56,803 nucleotides of DNA from Eubacteriales bacterium (GCA_045643125.1 JAZUKE010000140.1:1-56803); one strand, 5' to 3'; positions 19,786 to 29,733 are shown, numbered from the stretch's first letter. Notes: generated from the letters alone by a model not told the origin. Program-made: numbers and translations.

Positions 19786-20231
19786 TATACCGAAAATTTC
19801 TTGTAAAGTCTTACGGCTGTCCCTTTTCCGGGGAGCGAACGCACCTTGATCTTGTCGGTGAACGACTCCATTACCGTAAATCCCATCCCCGACCTCTCCT
19901 CTTCGGGTGACGTCGTATAGAGCGGCTCCATAGCCTTTTTAACGTCTTCTATTCCCTTTCCTTTGTCGCGCACGGTTATCACCACAAGTCTGTCGTCGAA
20001 AAGTTCGCCCGTTATGTAAACGTATTTTTCGCTTCTTTTGTCTTCGCCGCGGTAAGCGTGGACTATGGCGTTCGTGACCGCTTCGCTGACGGCGGTCTTC
20101 ATATCGGCAAGCTCGTTTATCCTCGGATCTATCATCGAAATGAACGCGCCGACCGTCATACGCGCAAAGCCCTCGTTGACCGAATACGCGGGAAACGCGC
20201 AGCTGAATTGATTTTTCGGTTTTTTTCTCAT
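19785..20231 (-). CDS. spoIIAB: Anti-sigma F factor / serine kinase
   Basis: NEGFAR, KTAVSEAVTNAIVHAY, AMEPLYTT..EERSGMGFTVMESF. Confidence 0.96.
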   Translation of the reverse strand: MRKKPKNQFSCAFPAYSVNEGFARMTVGAFISMIDPRINELADMKTAVSEAVTNAIVHAYRGEDKRSEKYVYITGELFDDRLVVITVRDKGKGIEDVKKAMEPLYTTSPEEERSGMGFTVMESFTDKIKVRSLPGKGTAVRLYKKFSV

Positions 20232-20234
20232 TTT

Positions 20235-20558
20235 TCAATACACCCCTTTCGTTGTTTCGGTTCTGATGAGCTTGTCAAGCCCGGCAAGCTCAAGGATCTT
20301 CATAGTCGGTTTTGAGGGATCAACGAGCGTAAGGCTTCCGCCGACCTCGTGCATACGGCGGTATCGCCCCATTATGAAGCCGAGCCCCGACGAATCGCAG
20401 AACACTATTTCTGACAGATCGAGCCGAAGCAGTACGGGGCTTTCAAACGTGATCGCGGCGTCTATCTCCTCTCTCACGGGCTTTGCGCTGTGATGATCCA
20501 TTTCGCCTTTCAGCTTCACCGACATTATTCCGTTTTCACTTTCAAGACTGTATGTCAT
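20235..20558 (-). CDS. spoIIAA: Anti-anti-sigma F factor (STAS)
   Basis: GEMDHHSA, FCDSSGLGFIMGRY; ATG 20558 with GGAAGGTG RBS. Confidence 0.95.
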   Translation of the reverse strand: MTYSLESENGIMSVKLKGEMDHHSAKPVREEIDAAITFESPVLLRLDLSEIVFCDSSGLGFIMGRYRRMHEVGGSLTLVDPSKPTMKILELAGLDKLIRTETTKGVY

Positions 20559-20661
20559 ATTTTTCACCTTCCTTGCATATCATTATATACACTTCCCCTG
20601 TCGGATAATGTCACACCGTGAAAAGAGAATAAATTTTTCCTCGTTTGCTATGACATTAAAC

Positions 20662-20696
20662 AAAAAACACCCGTTGGATTTTCAACGGGGTGTTTC
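20662..20696 (-). terminator. Intrinsic terminator closing the DUF1016 unit
   Basis: AAACACCCGTTG/CAACGGGGTGTTT hairpin with minus-strand T-run. Confidence 0.7.
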
Positions 20697-20710
20697 ATTA
20701 AGCCAAGCAA

Positions 20711-20726
20711 ACCAAGCCGGGATTTG
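20711..20726 (-). repeat. CAAATCCCGGCTTGGT motif (15/16 match to 43354-43369)
   Basis: Direct sequence comparison. Confidence 0.6.
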
Positions 20727-20735
20727 TCTGGATAA

Positions 20736-20876
20736 TTATAATCTATATGCTATTTCTGTCACTAAAGCATTATCGCGTGAATGTCCATATAACAAAGCAT
20801 TTGACACTTCTTTTTCAAATCGTCGGGATGTGTTGTTAATGAACATTTCTGCTTTCTTAAAATCAATATTGTTCAT
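20736..20876 (-). pseudogene. 46-aa ORF, probable truncated gene remnant
   Basis: GGAG RBS; MNNIDFKKAEMFINNTSRRFEKEVSNALLYGHSRDNALVTEIAYRL; AT-rich; ends 10 nt before the motif. Confidence 0.4.
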
Positions 20877-20905
20877 ATCCGGACTCCGTATTAAATCTCC
20901 CGTTA

Positions 20906-21910
20906 TTACCCATTAGTATCATTGCTTTCAGCGAGTAAAGCGATCTCGCGCAGCTTATCTTCAAGCAGTTTCTTGTCAGGTAACTTCAATGTATAATCTG
21001 CGACCATCGCCGGAGAAAGACTGCTGCTGAGTGCATATTCAACTACCGTATCATCTTTGTAGGTACAAAGAATCAGTCCAACGCTCGGGTTCTCTTCGGG
21101 TTTCTTGACATCTCTATTCAGTGCTTCCAGGTAGAAATTCAGTTGTCCAAGATGCTCCGGCTTAAACTTGCCGACCTTTAATTCTACGGCTACAAGACAT
21201 GACAGCGCACGATTGAAGAACAAAAGATCAATAAAGAAATCCCTGTTACCGACCTGAACGCGATATTCCTCTCCGACAAAAGTAAAGTCTTTGCCGAATT
21301 CCAGAATGAACTTTTTCAAATTTGAGATGATCGCCTTGCGCAAATCCTTTTCTTTGAAATCCTCCGGGATGTCCAAAAACTCCAATACATACGAATCCCG
21401 AAGCGCACCGACTGCAGGATAACGTTCAATCAGTTCTTTATTTTTCTCTTGTGAAAGCATTGTCCTTTCGTAAAGCATACTGTCGATCTGTCTTTCAAGC
21501 TCGCGTTTCGCATAACCATTCTGAATGCACAAACGCATATAAAACTCTCTTGATTCATCGATTTTACACCCGGTCATAATAAGCAGATTGTTTGACCACG
21601 AAATTTCTCTCACCAGTGGTGAGAGTTTTTCATTATCGTGGTATGTTTCATAAAACTGCTTCATTCGCCACAGATTTTGCGCAGAAAAGCCGCTTGCGGA
21701 GGGATATGTCATTTTCAGATGATCCGCAAAATCCCGAACGGTGTTTTTTCCCCAACCATCGTTATTTGATTTTTCGCTGAGATATTGTCCGATCTGCCAA
21801 TACATTTCAATCATTTCGGCATTGACAGCTCTGATCGCTCTCATTTTTGATTTTTCTATAATTGCGACAATGTTGTCAAAATCATTGCTGTAATTGACTA
21901 TATCTGCCAT
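20906..21910 (-). CDS. YhcG/DUF1016 PD-(D/E)XK nuclease-domain protein
   Basis: VNAEMIEMYWQIG, GFSAQNLWRMKQFY, ILEFGKDFTFVGEEY, IDLLFFNRAL..LVAVELK, ENPSVGLILC; RBS GGAGG. Confidence 0.92.
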   Translation of the reverse strand: MADIVNYSNDFDNIVAIIEKSKMRAIRAVNAEMIEMYWQIGQYLSEKSNNDGWGKNTVRDFADHLKMTYPSASGFSAQNLWRMKQFYETYHDNEKLSPLVREISWSNNLLIMTGCKIDESREFYMRLCIQNGYAKRELERQIDSMLYERTMLSQEKNKELIERYPAVGALRDSYVLEFLDIPEDFKEKDLRKAIISNLKKFILEFGKDFTFVGEEYRVQVGNRDFFIDLLFFNRALSCLVAVELKVGKFKPEHLGQLNFYLEALNRDVKKPEENPSVGLILCTYKDDTVVEYALSSSLSPAMVADYTLKLPDKKLLEDKLREIALLAESNDTNG

Positions 21911-21949
21911 AACGTCATCCTCCGTGTTCGGATCCAATAATGCTGCTTC

Positions 21950-23875
21950 TCATTTTCCCCACAAACTGTCAAGGAAATCTATACGTTTTATCAGCCATGC
22001 GCGGGTGCTCGACATTGCGTGTTCCTGGTCGCCGCAGCCCCAGCGTTCGGAGTTCATTCTGAAATCCTCTTTATACTCCCTTGTGACGCGGTCCATTTCA
22101 TTGATAAGGTCGTCAAATCCGCCCTCTTTCATACATCTCTGCCATTTTTCCTTGACGATATCGACGAACCAATCCTCGTGATACAGAGTGATGAACCAGG
22201 TGAACGAGCGGTTGCCCGCTGAATTGATGAATTCCTGCGGCTGCCATGCACCGACGCAGAGCTTGTCGTATCTGTACCCCATACCGTCACCGAACGCCCA
22301 CGAAAAGTCCCACGGAGCCGCAAAATTGAGCCTCGGCTCGTCTTCGGTAAAATCGACGTACATAAAGAAGCTGCCGATACCGCCGTCGCGCTCCGCGGCA
22401 AGCTCACGCAGAATGTACATCGAAGCGACGGAATCGAGGTCAAGTACCTTTTCGACGACTTCCTTTGAGTTTTTCGCTTCCGGAAATTTCACAAGGTCGT
22501 AATTCACGTTGAAACGGTAATAATCGTTTTTGTAAATCGCCCGGTAGCAGATCGTGTAGGCGTTGGAAATGTATTTTTTCAAAAAAGCAAGCTGTTCCTC
22601 GGTCATTTCGTCGTATTTGACGGAATAGCCTACGCCGTTCACCGTCTTTGTAACGCCGTAGATATCGGTCAGCTTCACTCCGCCGTAATCCACCGTGAAA
22701 TTGTACGGCTCTTTGGAATAGTAATTGTCTATTTCGAGCAGATAGCCGTGGAATATATCGGTGTCATCGTCCTCTTTTTCGTCGATATTTATGCGGTATT
22801 TGTCTATCTGTATCTGATCGCAGAGAACGTAAACGCCGTAATATTTGTAGTTGATATACACGCTGACAAAGGTATAGTCCGGAGCGAAAACGTATCTGTC
22901 GGTGAAGCGGTTGAGCATCATATCCGGGATGAGTTCTTTCATAAAATTGCTGTCGCCGCGCAGAAGCACCCAGCTTTTGCACTCGGCACCCGAATTCACG
23001 CCGAGAACGGAGGTGCGTTTATCGAATTTGATGCGGTAATGCACCTTGTTCTGCCTTATCCAATCCGAATCGCCGTAGTTTGACGAAGCGTTGCCGCGGA
23101 CACGGATCCCCGCGTCGGCGTCCTCAAACGCGTATTTGTCGTCGCAGTAAAGCATACTTATCTTGCAGTCAACGTAAGGATCAAGGCGCACGACCTCGGC
23201 GTCTCCCGCGGTGACGATGTTCATTACGGGCAGCGTATAATGCTCATAAGCGAAAACGGCGTAAATATCGCTTTTTATCTCGTTTTCCACTCGTTCCGCT
23301 TTGGTCACGCCGTCAGTCCATCCGAGGAAGATAAATCCCGTTTCGGCTTTTGCGGTAACGCTTAACCCCATAGTCGTCTGCTTCAAAGTGACGCTTCCGC
23401 CTTTGCCGATATCGCGCAGTTCGCCGTCGAGCGTGTCGGATATCGCCGGAGACACGGCATAAGTGGAAATAACGACGCTTTTTTTGCCGCAAACGGTGCA
23501 GTCGCCGCAGACAATATATCTGTTCCCTTTATTGCTGCTTGATATCTCAACTCGCGGCTCGTCCGTCTTATGCCCTTCGCATTTGATGACGGTCTTCTGC
23601 TCTTCGCCGCAAAGCCCGCACTTTTCCGTCACATAGCCGTCTTTGATGCAGGTCGCTTCGACCGACATATAAGGCGCAAACGAATGTCCCGTTTTTGAAA
23701 CGGTGTCCTTGACGTATCTGTCGCCGCACTCGCACACACATTCGGTATATCCGTCAGCCGTGCAGGTCGGAGGAACGACAGTTTCTTTGTAGGCGTGAGT
23801 ATGTTTTTCGGCCTTTGAGCACGAAAAAGTCAAAAGGAGAAGCGAAAAAAGCAATAATGTGAATCGTTTTTTCAT
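21950..23875 (-). CDS. CotH-kinase-family lipoprotein with Cys/His-rich N-terminal repeats
   Basis: Lipobox LTFSC; PTCTADG/ATCIKDG repeats; IRVRGNAS, YRIKFD, WVLL, YYGVYVLCDQI, GYLLEID, APWDFSWAFG. Confidence 0.8.
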   Translation of the reverse strand: MKKRFTLLLFSLLLLTFSCSKAEKHTHAYKETVVPPTCTADGYTECVCECGDRYVKDTVSKTGHSFAPYMSVEATCIKDGYVTEKCGLCGEEQKTVIKCEGHKTDEPRVEISSSNKGNRYIVCGDCTVCGKKSVVISTYAVSPAISDTLDGELRDIGKGGSVTLKQTTMGLSVTAKAETGFIFLGWTDGVTKAERVENEIKSDIYAVFAYEHYTLPVMNIVTAGDAEVVRLDPYVDCKISMLYCDDKYAFEDADAGIRVRGNASSNYGDSDWIRQNKVHYRIKFDKRTSVLGVNSGAECKSWVLLRGDSNFMKELIPDMMLNRFTDRYVFAPDYTFVSVYINYKYYGVYVLCDQIQIDKYRINIDEKEDDDTDIFHGYLLEIDNYYSKEPYNFTVDYGGVKLTDIYGVTKTVNGVGYSVKYDEMTEEQLAFLKKYISNAYTICYRAIYKNDYYRFNVNYDLVKFPEAKNSKEVVEKVLDLDSVASMYILRELAAERDGGIGSFFMYVDFTEDEPRLNFAAPWDFSWAFGDGMGYRYDKLCVGAWQPQEFINSAGNRSFTWFITLYHEDWFVDIVKEKWQRCMKEGGFDDLINEMDRVTREYKEDFRMNSERWGCGDQEHAMSSTRAWLIKRIDFLDSLWGK

Positions 23876-23876
23876 A

Positions 23877-25208
23877 TCAGTTCACTCCGATATCAAGTTG
23901 TTTTACTGTTACCGTCTCGTAAGCGCTCCCCGCCGCGTAGATCTTTATACCCGTGATAAGCACTTTTCCGTCGTGTACGCACGAAGCGTTGATGCCGAGC
24001 TTTGAAAGCGGTATGCTGCCGGAAAGATGCTGATTCTGCAGCAGGTCGCCCGTGTAGGAATCGCATTTTCCTCCGAGATATTTGTTGATGATGACGTACT
24101 GTTTATCGGTGTAAGCCGACGGAGTAGCACCGTCAAAATACAGTAAAATGCTCGCGCACACGTTTGCGGTGCTGATATCGTAATTCAGCACGCCGTCGGA
24201 GACCGACACGTTTATCGGATCTTTCAGAACATACTGCGCGTCGGGCCAAAGCCCGTTTGTGTTGCAGATCTTCAGATTTCCCTTTATATTGCGTATCGAC
24301 ATCGTACCTTTGTCGTTGTAATACCAATCGCTTTCGACAAGCGAGATCACCGGTGCGCTTTCGCCGGAAGCGAGGTTGATATAATGGTCGGTGTTGCTGA
24401 CCTTCGGAGCGTCCGGGTTTGATTCATAATGCTCTCTGAACCAATTTACAAGCGTTGACGCAAATATCTCGTTGCCCTTTGCCGCAAGGTGTATGCCGTC
24501 GGAAAGCAGGGTGTAATAGTTTACACCGTCGCAGGCGGCGTACATATCAATAAGGTACGTTCCCGTCTGTTCCGCCACGGTGCGCGTCACGTCGTTATAG
24601 ACGGCAAGCCATTCGAGCGGCTCACCGACTTCGGCGTAAAGCGACTTGTCCTGTCCCTGTGTCTGATAGAAAAGGTCGGGGTTATACGGATTTGTCGTGA
24701 GAAGTATCGGAACAGCGCCGAGTTCTGCCGTGCGTTCGATAAGTTTTTTCAGATTTACGGCAAACTGTTCGGGAGTAACGCGCGGATTGCTTTTTGAAGT
24801 CATTATGAGGTCGTTCATACCGAAAAGGATCGTCACGAAGTCGGGGCTTTGCGACGCGACGAAAGCGTCGAAGCGTTCCAGCCCTTTTTCCGTTGTGATG
24901 CCGCCCATTGCGCCGTTGAAGAAATACATATTAAGCTCTTCCGCGGCAGTTCTGCCCCAGCTTCCGAGCGCGGTTATGGAGTCACCGAACACGACGAGCT
25001 TTTTACCGTCGAGATACGGATCGGTGCTTGATTCTTCGGAAGACTCTTCCGCACTTTCCGACGAGACCTCTTCGGATACGTCTTCAAGCGATGCCGACTG
25101 TGAGACTTCTTTTGATCCTTCCGCGCTTGTTTCACTGTTTTCGGTGTTTCCGCATCCGCAGAGACCGAGAAAAAGCGTGAAAACAAGCAGCAATGATATC
25201 CTTTTCAT
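23877..25208 (-). CDS. SGNH/GDSL hydrolase lipoprotein with extra C-terminal beta domain
   Basis: Lipobox LCGC, acidic linker, VFGDSIT, FGMND, DGIH. Confidence 0.85.
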   Translation of the reverse strand: MKRISLLLVFTLFLGLCGCGNTENSETSAEGSKEVSQSASLEDVSEEVSSESAEESSEESSTDPYLDGKKLVVFGDSITALGSWGRTAAEELNMYFFNGAMGGITTEKGLERFDAFVASQSPDFVTILFGMNDLIMTSKSNPRVTPEQFAVNLKKLIERTAELGAVPILLTTNPYNPDLFYQTQGQDKSLYAEVGEPLEWLAVYNDVTRTVAEQTGTYLIDMYAACDGVNYYTLLSDGIHLAAKGNEIFASTLVNWFREHYESNPDAPKVSNTDHYINLASGESAPVISLVESDWYYNDKGTMSIRNIKGNLKICNTNGLWPDAQYVLKDPINVSVSDGVLNYDISTANVCASILLYFDGATPSAYTDKQYVIINKYLGGKCDSYTGDLLQNQHLSGSIPLSKLGINASCVHDGKVLITGIKIYAAGSAYETVTVKQLDIGVN

Positions 25209-25223
25209 AAATACCCCTCTCAT

Positions 25224-27047
25224 TTATTGTTCGACATTGTCGAACTGCGAATAGTAAAGCTCCGAATAAAAGCCGTTTTTCGCCATAAGCTCCTCGTGAT
25301 TGCCCTGCTCCACCACGTTGCCGTTCTTTATGACGAGTATCATATCGGCGTTGCGGATAGTGGAAAGGCGGTGTGCTATGACGAAGCAGGTGCGCCCCTT
25401 CATAAGCTCGCGCATTGCGGCTTGAATGTGCATTTCCGTCCGTGAATCGACGTTTGACGTCGCTTCGTCAAGGATGAGCATTTTGGAGTCGAGGAGCATT
25501 GCACGCGCTATCGTTATGAGCTGCTTCTGTCCTTTTGAAATGTTCTCGTTGCCGCCTATCATCGTGTTGTAGCCGTCGGGCAGACGCTTGATGAAGCTGT
25601 CTATCTTTGCCGCACGGCAGACGCGCTCAACGTCTTCCATAGTGACGTTTTCCTTGCCGTAAGCGAGGTTTTCGTAAACCGTTCCGTAGAACAGCCAGGT
25701 ATCCTGAAGCACCATCGTGTAGGCGCCGCGGAGCGAATCGCGCGTGAGCGAATATATCGACTTGCCGTCTACCGTTATATCGCCGCTGTCAACATCGTAA
25801 AAGCGCATAAGCAGGTTGACTATCGTGGTCTTGCCCGCGCCGGTAGGTCCGACGATGGCGACAAGACTGCCCTCGGGTGCTTTGAGGTTGAGGTTATGTA
25901 TTATCTTCTTTTCGGGATTATAGCCGAACGACACGTTTTTCAGTTCGACACAGCCTTTTACGTCGGCAAGGACTTCGGCGTTTTCGGCATCGGCTTTTTC
26001 GGGTTCTGCGTCAATAAGGCGGAAAACACGTTCTGCCGCCGCAAATGCCGACTGAAGTTCGCCGATGATGTTTGCCGCTTCGTTGATAGGCCCCGAAAAC
26101 TTGCGCGAATACTGAACGAACGACGAAATATCGCCGATGAGCATATTTCCGTTGAGATAACTGATGACACCGAACACGCTGACGAGAGTGAGCGACAGGT
26201 TGTTGATGAAGTTGACGCCCGGACCGACTATCGTGCCGTAATATTCCGACTTGGTATAAGCGTCCACGGCTTCGTTGTTCTTTACGTCAAAGCGTTTCAG
26301 CACTTCTTCTTCGCGGTTGTAGGCTTTCGTCGTCCTTTGTCCGGCAGTCATTTCCTCGACAAAACCGTTGAGCTCGCCGAGGCAGGCGGAACGTCTGCGG
26401 AAAAGCGGACGCACCTTGCGCGTCGTTATATTGGTGAACACGATCGCAAGCGGGATCGTAAACGCAAAGACGAGTACGAGCTTCGGCGCGATGCTGAGCA
26501 TCATCCACAGTGAGCCGAATACGATTATCACCGATTTGCAGAGCTGAAGCAGATCCTGCGACAGCGAAGCGTTCACGGTGTCGATATCGTAGGAGATGAC
26601 GCTTATGATATCGCCCGCCTGATATCCGTCGAAAAAGCTGACGGGGAGCGACACGAGTTTTTCAAACACGTCGCGTCTCATACGGTTCACTACTTTTTTG
26701 GAAAGCACCGCGATCAGCGCCGCGAGCAGATACGCAAGCAGTCCCGATATCACATAGGTGACGAGCATCAGCACGATATACTTCAGCACCACGGGGAAAT
26801 TCACGCCGGTCTCCTCGGCGATGGCGTTTATCGCTTTGCCCGAAAGCGACGGCCCCCACAAAGCGAGCAGGTTGGACGACACCACGAGCAGCAGCGCAAG
26901 CAGAAGCAGGAACTTGTAGCGGTACATATACTTCCACAGCCGCAGAAGTATGTATTTTTTCTTGACCTTTACGCCGGAAAACTTGCGTCTGTCGCCGCTC
27001 GTTTCGGAACGCGACATTCTTCCGCCGCCTATCATTCCGTTATTCAT
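25224..27047 (-). CDS. ABC exporter, fused permease/ATPase subunit 2
   Basis: TM domain, GPTGAGKT, ISKGQKQ, LILDEATS, IAHRL. Confidence 0.93.
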   Translation of the reverse strand: MNNGMIGGGRMSRSETSGDRRKFSGVKVKKKYILLRLWKYMYRYKFLLLLALLLVVSSNLLALWGPSLSGKAINAIAEETGVNFPVVLKYIVLMLVTYVISGLLAYLLAALIAVLSKKVVNRMRRDVFEKLVSLPVSFFDGYQAGDIISVISYDIDTVNASLSQDLLQLCKSVIIVFGSLWMMLSIAPKLVLVFAFTIPLAIVFTNITTRKVRPLFRRRSACLGELNGFVEEMTAGQRTTKAYNREEEVLKRFDVKNNEAVDAYTKSEYYGTIVGPGVNFINNLSLTLVSVFGVISYLNGNMLIGDISSFVQYSRKFSGPINEAANIIGELQSAFAAAERVFRLIDAEPEKADAENAEVLADVKGCVELKNVSFGYNPEKKIIHNLNLKAPEGSLVAIVGPTGAGKTTIVNLLMRFYDVDSGDITVDGKSIYSLTRDSLRGAYTMVLQDTWLFYGTVYENLAYGKENVTMEDVERVCRAAKIDSFIKRLPDGYNTMIGGNENISKGQKQLITIARAMLLDSKMLILDEATSNVDSRTEMHIQAAMRELMKGRTCFVIAHRLSTIRNADMILVIKNGNVVEQGNHEELMAKNGFYSELYYSQFDNVEQ

Positions 27048-28756
27048 CCGGCAACACCTCCCATCTGCATTTCGGCAATGGTACGGTATTCTTCGCAGTT
27101 TTTCATAAGATGCTCGTGATCTCCTTCGCCTATCACGTTGCCGTCGTCAAGCACAAGTATGAGATCGGCGCTCTGTATCGACGAAATACGCTGGGTGACG
27201 ATTATCTTCGTGGCGAACGAATAGTTGTCGTGGAGCGATCTTCTCAGGTACGACTCGGTCTTATAGTCGAGCGCCGACGACGAATCGTCAAGCACGAGTA
27301 TTTCCGGCTCCCCTGCTATCGCCCTTGAAATAAGCAGTCTTTGCTTCTGTCCGCCAGAAACATTGCTTCCGCGCTGTGCGACGGGATGCGACGTGCCGTC
27401 CGGGTATGCGGACACGAATTCGTAGGTACAGCTGTTTTTAAGCGCCTTTTCTATCGCTTCTTCGTTGAGATAGCGATAATAGTCTATGTTGTCGGCAATA
27501 TTGCCCGACACGATAAAATCGTTCTGAAAAGCGTTGCCGAACATCGCCGCCAGCACTTCCTTGGGTATCGAACGCACGTCGGTGCCGTTGATGTATATCG
27601 CTCCCTCGTCAACGTCGTAAAAGCGGTTGAGCAGCGCGATCAGCGTACTCTTTCCGCTGCCTGTCGAGCCGATTATACCGAGCGTTTGCCCGCGTTTGAG
27701 GCAGAACGACACGTTTCTGAGGTTAGGCTCGTTTTTGTTGTAAGAGAAGGTGACGTTCCGGAATTCGATATGATAATCCTTGTTTCCGCTTTCTTTTTCG
27801 ATGACAGGAAGATCGTCTTCGGTTTCAAGCACTTCGGTGATACGCGAAGCCGATGCCGCGCCCTTGCTGCACATTATGAACACGCGGGTTATCGTCAGCA
27901 TCGCGTTGAGGATTATTGTGAAATATGTCTGAAAAGATATGATGTTTCCCGCTGTCGTAAGTCCGGAATCGACGCGGAACGCGCCGACAAGCACGACGAG
28001 AGTAAGTCCCACGTTGAGAATGACCGTCGTGGTGGGGTTGCTTATCGCCATTATCAGCTCGGCGCGTCTTTCGGCGGCAGTGAGCGAATCGTTATCGGAC
28101 GCGAATTTCTTTTTTTCGTAGTCGGTTTTTGAAAGTGCCTTGACAACTCTGACGCCCGTGAAATTTTCCTGCACGGTGCGCGTCATTCTGTCGAGCATAG
28201 ACTGCACCTTTTTATAGAGCGGAAGGCTCGCCTTTGTGACGAAATAGACGACTATCGCAATAAGCGGAAGCGTCCCGACAAGGACGAGAGTCAGCACGGT
28301 ATCGAGCGTGAGCGTAAAAATGATGCCGCCGATAAGAAGGATCGGCGCTCTTATTCCGATACGCGGAAGCCTTGACACGAGCTGATTGATGTTATATGTG
28401 TCTGCGGTCAGACGCGAGATCAGCGACGGTATGGTGAATTTATCCGTACCCGACGCCGAAAGATATGATATCTTTTTGAAAAGGTCGTGTCTGAGCGTGC
28501 GCGTCACACGTCCCGCGGTAAACGCCGTGATACGGTTGGCGAGTATATTGAAAGCAAACGCTCCGACAGACGAAACGAGCATAATTCCGCCCCAGATATA
28601 GATGCCCGAACGGCTCGCGGAGTCCTTGTAGCCGTCTATCATATAGCCGAGTGCGTACGGGATGATGAGGTCGCACATCGTACCTATGAATTTGATTATA
28701 AGTCCGACCGTCATCATAGACAGATGAGGCCGAACGTATTTCCAGATCGTTTTCAA
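27044..28756 (-). CDS. ABC exporter, fused permease/ATPase subunit 1 (degenerate site)
   Basis: TTG start with GAGGT RBS; GSTGSGKS, VSGGQKQR, LVLDDSSSALD, VTQR; heterodimeric pair with the downstream gene. Confidence 0.93.
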   Translation of the reverse strand: MKTIWKYVRPHLSMMTVGLIIKFIGTMCDLIIPYALGYMIDGYKDSASRSGIYIWGGIMLVSSVGAFAFNILANRITAFTAGRVTRTLRHDLFKKISYLSASGTDKFTIPSLISRLTADTYNINQLVSRLPRIGIRAPILLIGGIIFTLTLDTVLTLVLVGTLPLIAIVVYFVTKASLPLYKKVQSMLDRMTRTVQENFTGVRVVKALSKTDYEKKKFASDNDSLTAAERRAELIMAISNPTTTVILNVGLTLVVLVGAFRVDSGLTTAGNIISFQTYFTIILNAMLTITRVFIMCSKGAASASRITEVLETEDDLPVIEKESGNKDYHIEFRNVTFSYNKNEPNLRNVSFCLKRGQTLGIIGSTGSGKSTLIALLNRFYDVDEGAIYINGTDVRSIPKEVLAAMFGNAFQNDFIVSGNIADNIDYYRYLNEEAIEKALKNSCTYEFVSAYPDGTSHPVAQRGSNVSGGQKQRLLISRAIAGEPEILVLDDSSSALDYKTESYLRRSLHDNYSFATKIIVTQRISSIQSADLILVLDDGNVIGEGDHEHLMKNCEEYRTIAEMQMGGVAG

Positions 28757-28766
28757 ATCTATTACC

Positions 28767-28967
28767 TCAGTTCTGCTTTCTTACGGTCTTGTATTCGTCG
28801 TAATAATCGTAATACGGGCAGTTTGCGAACGAATCGGCAAGGAATTTTACCATTTCGTCTTCGTCGAGATTGACGTTGCATTCATAGCAGCCCGTTTCCT
28901 CGTTGTAGTCGTAATTGACACAGCTTTCGCAGTTGGACTGAGGTTTTGTTTTTTTGCTTTTTTCCAT
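28767..28967 (-). CDS. Small Cys-rich conserved protein (DUF6472-like)
   Basis: CESC..Y.Y....CYEC..NLDEDEM..FL.....CPYY...DEYKTVRKQN. Confidence 0.7.
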   Translation of the reverse strand: MEKSKKTKPQSNCESCVNYDYNEETGCYECNVNLDEDEMVKFLADSFANCPYYDYYDEYKTVRKQN

Positions 28968-29040
28968 TGTTTTTCGCCTCGATCATTCATTTAATCAATT
29001 ATATCACGGTTTTTTTGCGATTGCAAGAGTAAAAAGGGCA

Positions 29041-29070
29041 AAAAAACGACCGTCTTTTGCAGACGGTCGT
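29041..29070 (-). terminator. Terminator after rpsU
   Basis: ACGACCGTCT/AGACGGTCGT perfect stem plus minus-strand T-run. Confidence 0.85.
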
Positions 29071-29090
29071 CAAGTCATTATTTTGAGAAA

Positions 29091-29267
29091 TTATTTGAAC
29101 TTTCTCTTTCTTGCAGCTTCGGCTTTCTTCTTACGTTTAACACTGGGTTTTTCGTAATGTTCTCTCTTTCTGAGTTCAGAAGGAACGCCGCTCTTAAGGT
29201 AAGATCTCTTGAATCTTCTGATAGCGCTGTCTATGGATTCATTTTCCTTGACTTTGATTTCAGCCAT
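29091..29267 (-). CDS. rpsU: 30S ribosomal protein S21 (not in ORF track)
   Basis: Manual translation [58 protein letters not shown]; GGGAGG RBS. Confidence 0.97.
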   Translation of the reverse strand: MAEIKVKENESIDSAIRRFKRSYLKSGVPSELRKREHYEKPSVKRKKKAEAARKRKFK

Positions 29268-29317
29268 TTTTTTCCCTCCCTTCGCACGTGTGCGAAGATT
29301 ATTTTTTGAGCGCAGTC

Positions 29318-29346
29318 ATTATAACAGATAATGCGCGCTTTGTCAA
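29318..29346 (-). promoter_or_regulatory. Sigma-A promoter of rpsU
   Basis: TTGACA-17 nt-TATAAT. Confidence 0.85.
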
Positions 29347-29358
29347 CAGTATACGCTA

Positions 29359-29712
29359 TTAAAGGGCAGATTTTGCCTTTTCAACGAGAGAAGCAAATGC
29401 GTTCTTGTCGCTGACGGCAAGCTCGGCGAGCATCTTTCTGTTGATAACGATGCCGTTCTTTTTAAGACCGTGCATAAACTGAGAATAGTTGATGCCGTTG
29501 ACCTTGCACTGTGCGGAGATACGGGTGATCCAAAGAGCACGGAAATCTCTCTTCTTCTGCTTTCTTCCCGCAAACGCATAGTTGCCGGACTTCATAACGG
29601 CTTGTTTAGCCATCTTAAAGTGCTTACTCTTGGAACCCCAGTAGCCTTTGGCTGCCTTTAAGAATTTCTTTCTTCTTTTTCTTGTTGTGAGAGCAGGTTT
29701 GATTCTTGCCAT
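29359..29712 (-). CDS. rplT: 50S ribosomal protein L20
   Basis: [37 protein letters not shown]. Confidence 0.98.
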   Translation of the reverse strand: MARIKPALTTRKRRKKFLKAAKGYWGSKSKHFKMAKQAVMKSGNYAFAGRKQKKRDFRALWITRISAQCKVNGINYSQFMHGLKKNGIVINRKMLAELAVSDKNAFASLVEKAKSAL

Positions 29713-29733
29713 TTCGTTACACCTCCGCCTGAA

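Noticed and set aside
20599-20605. TGTCGGA, near match to a Spo0A box upstream of spoIIAA
   Set aside because: Single mismatched 7-mer and no convincing sigma-H promoter found; too weak to call
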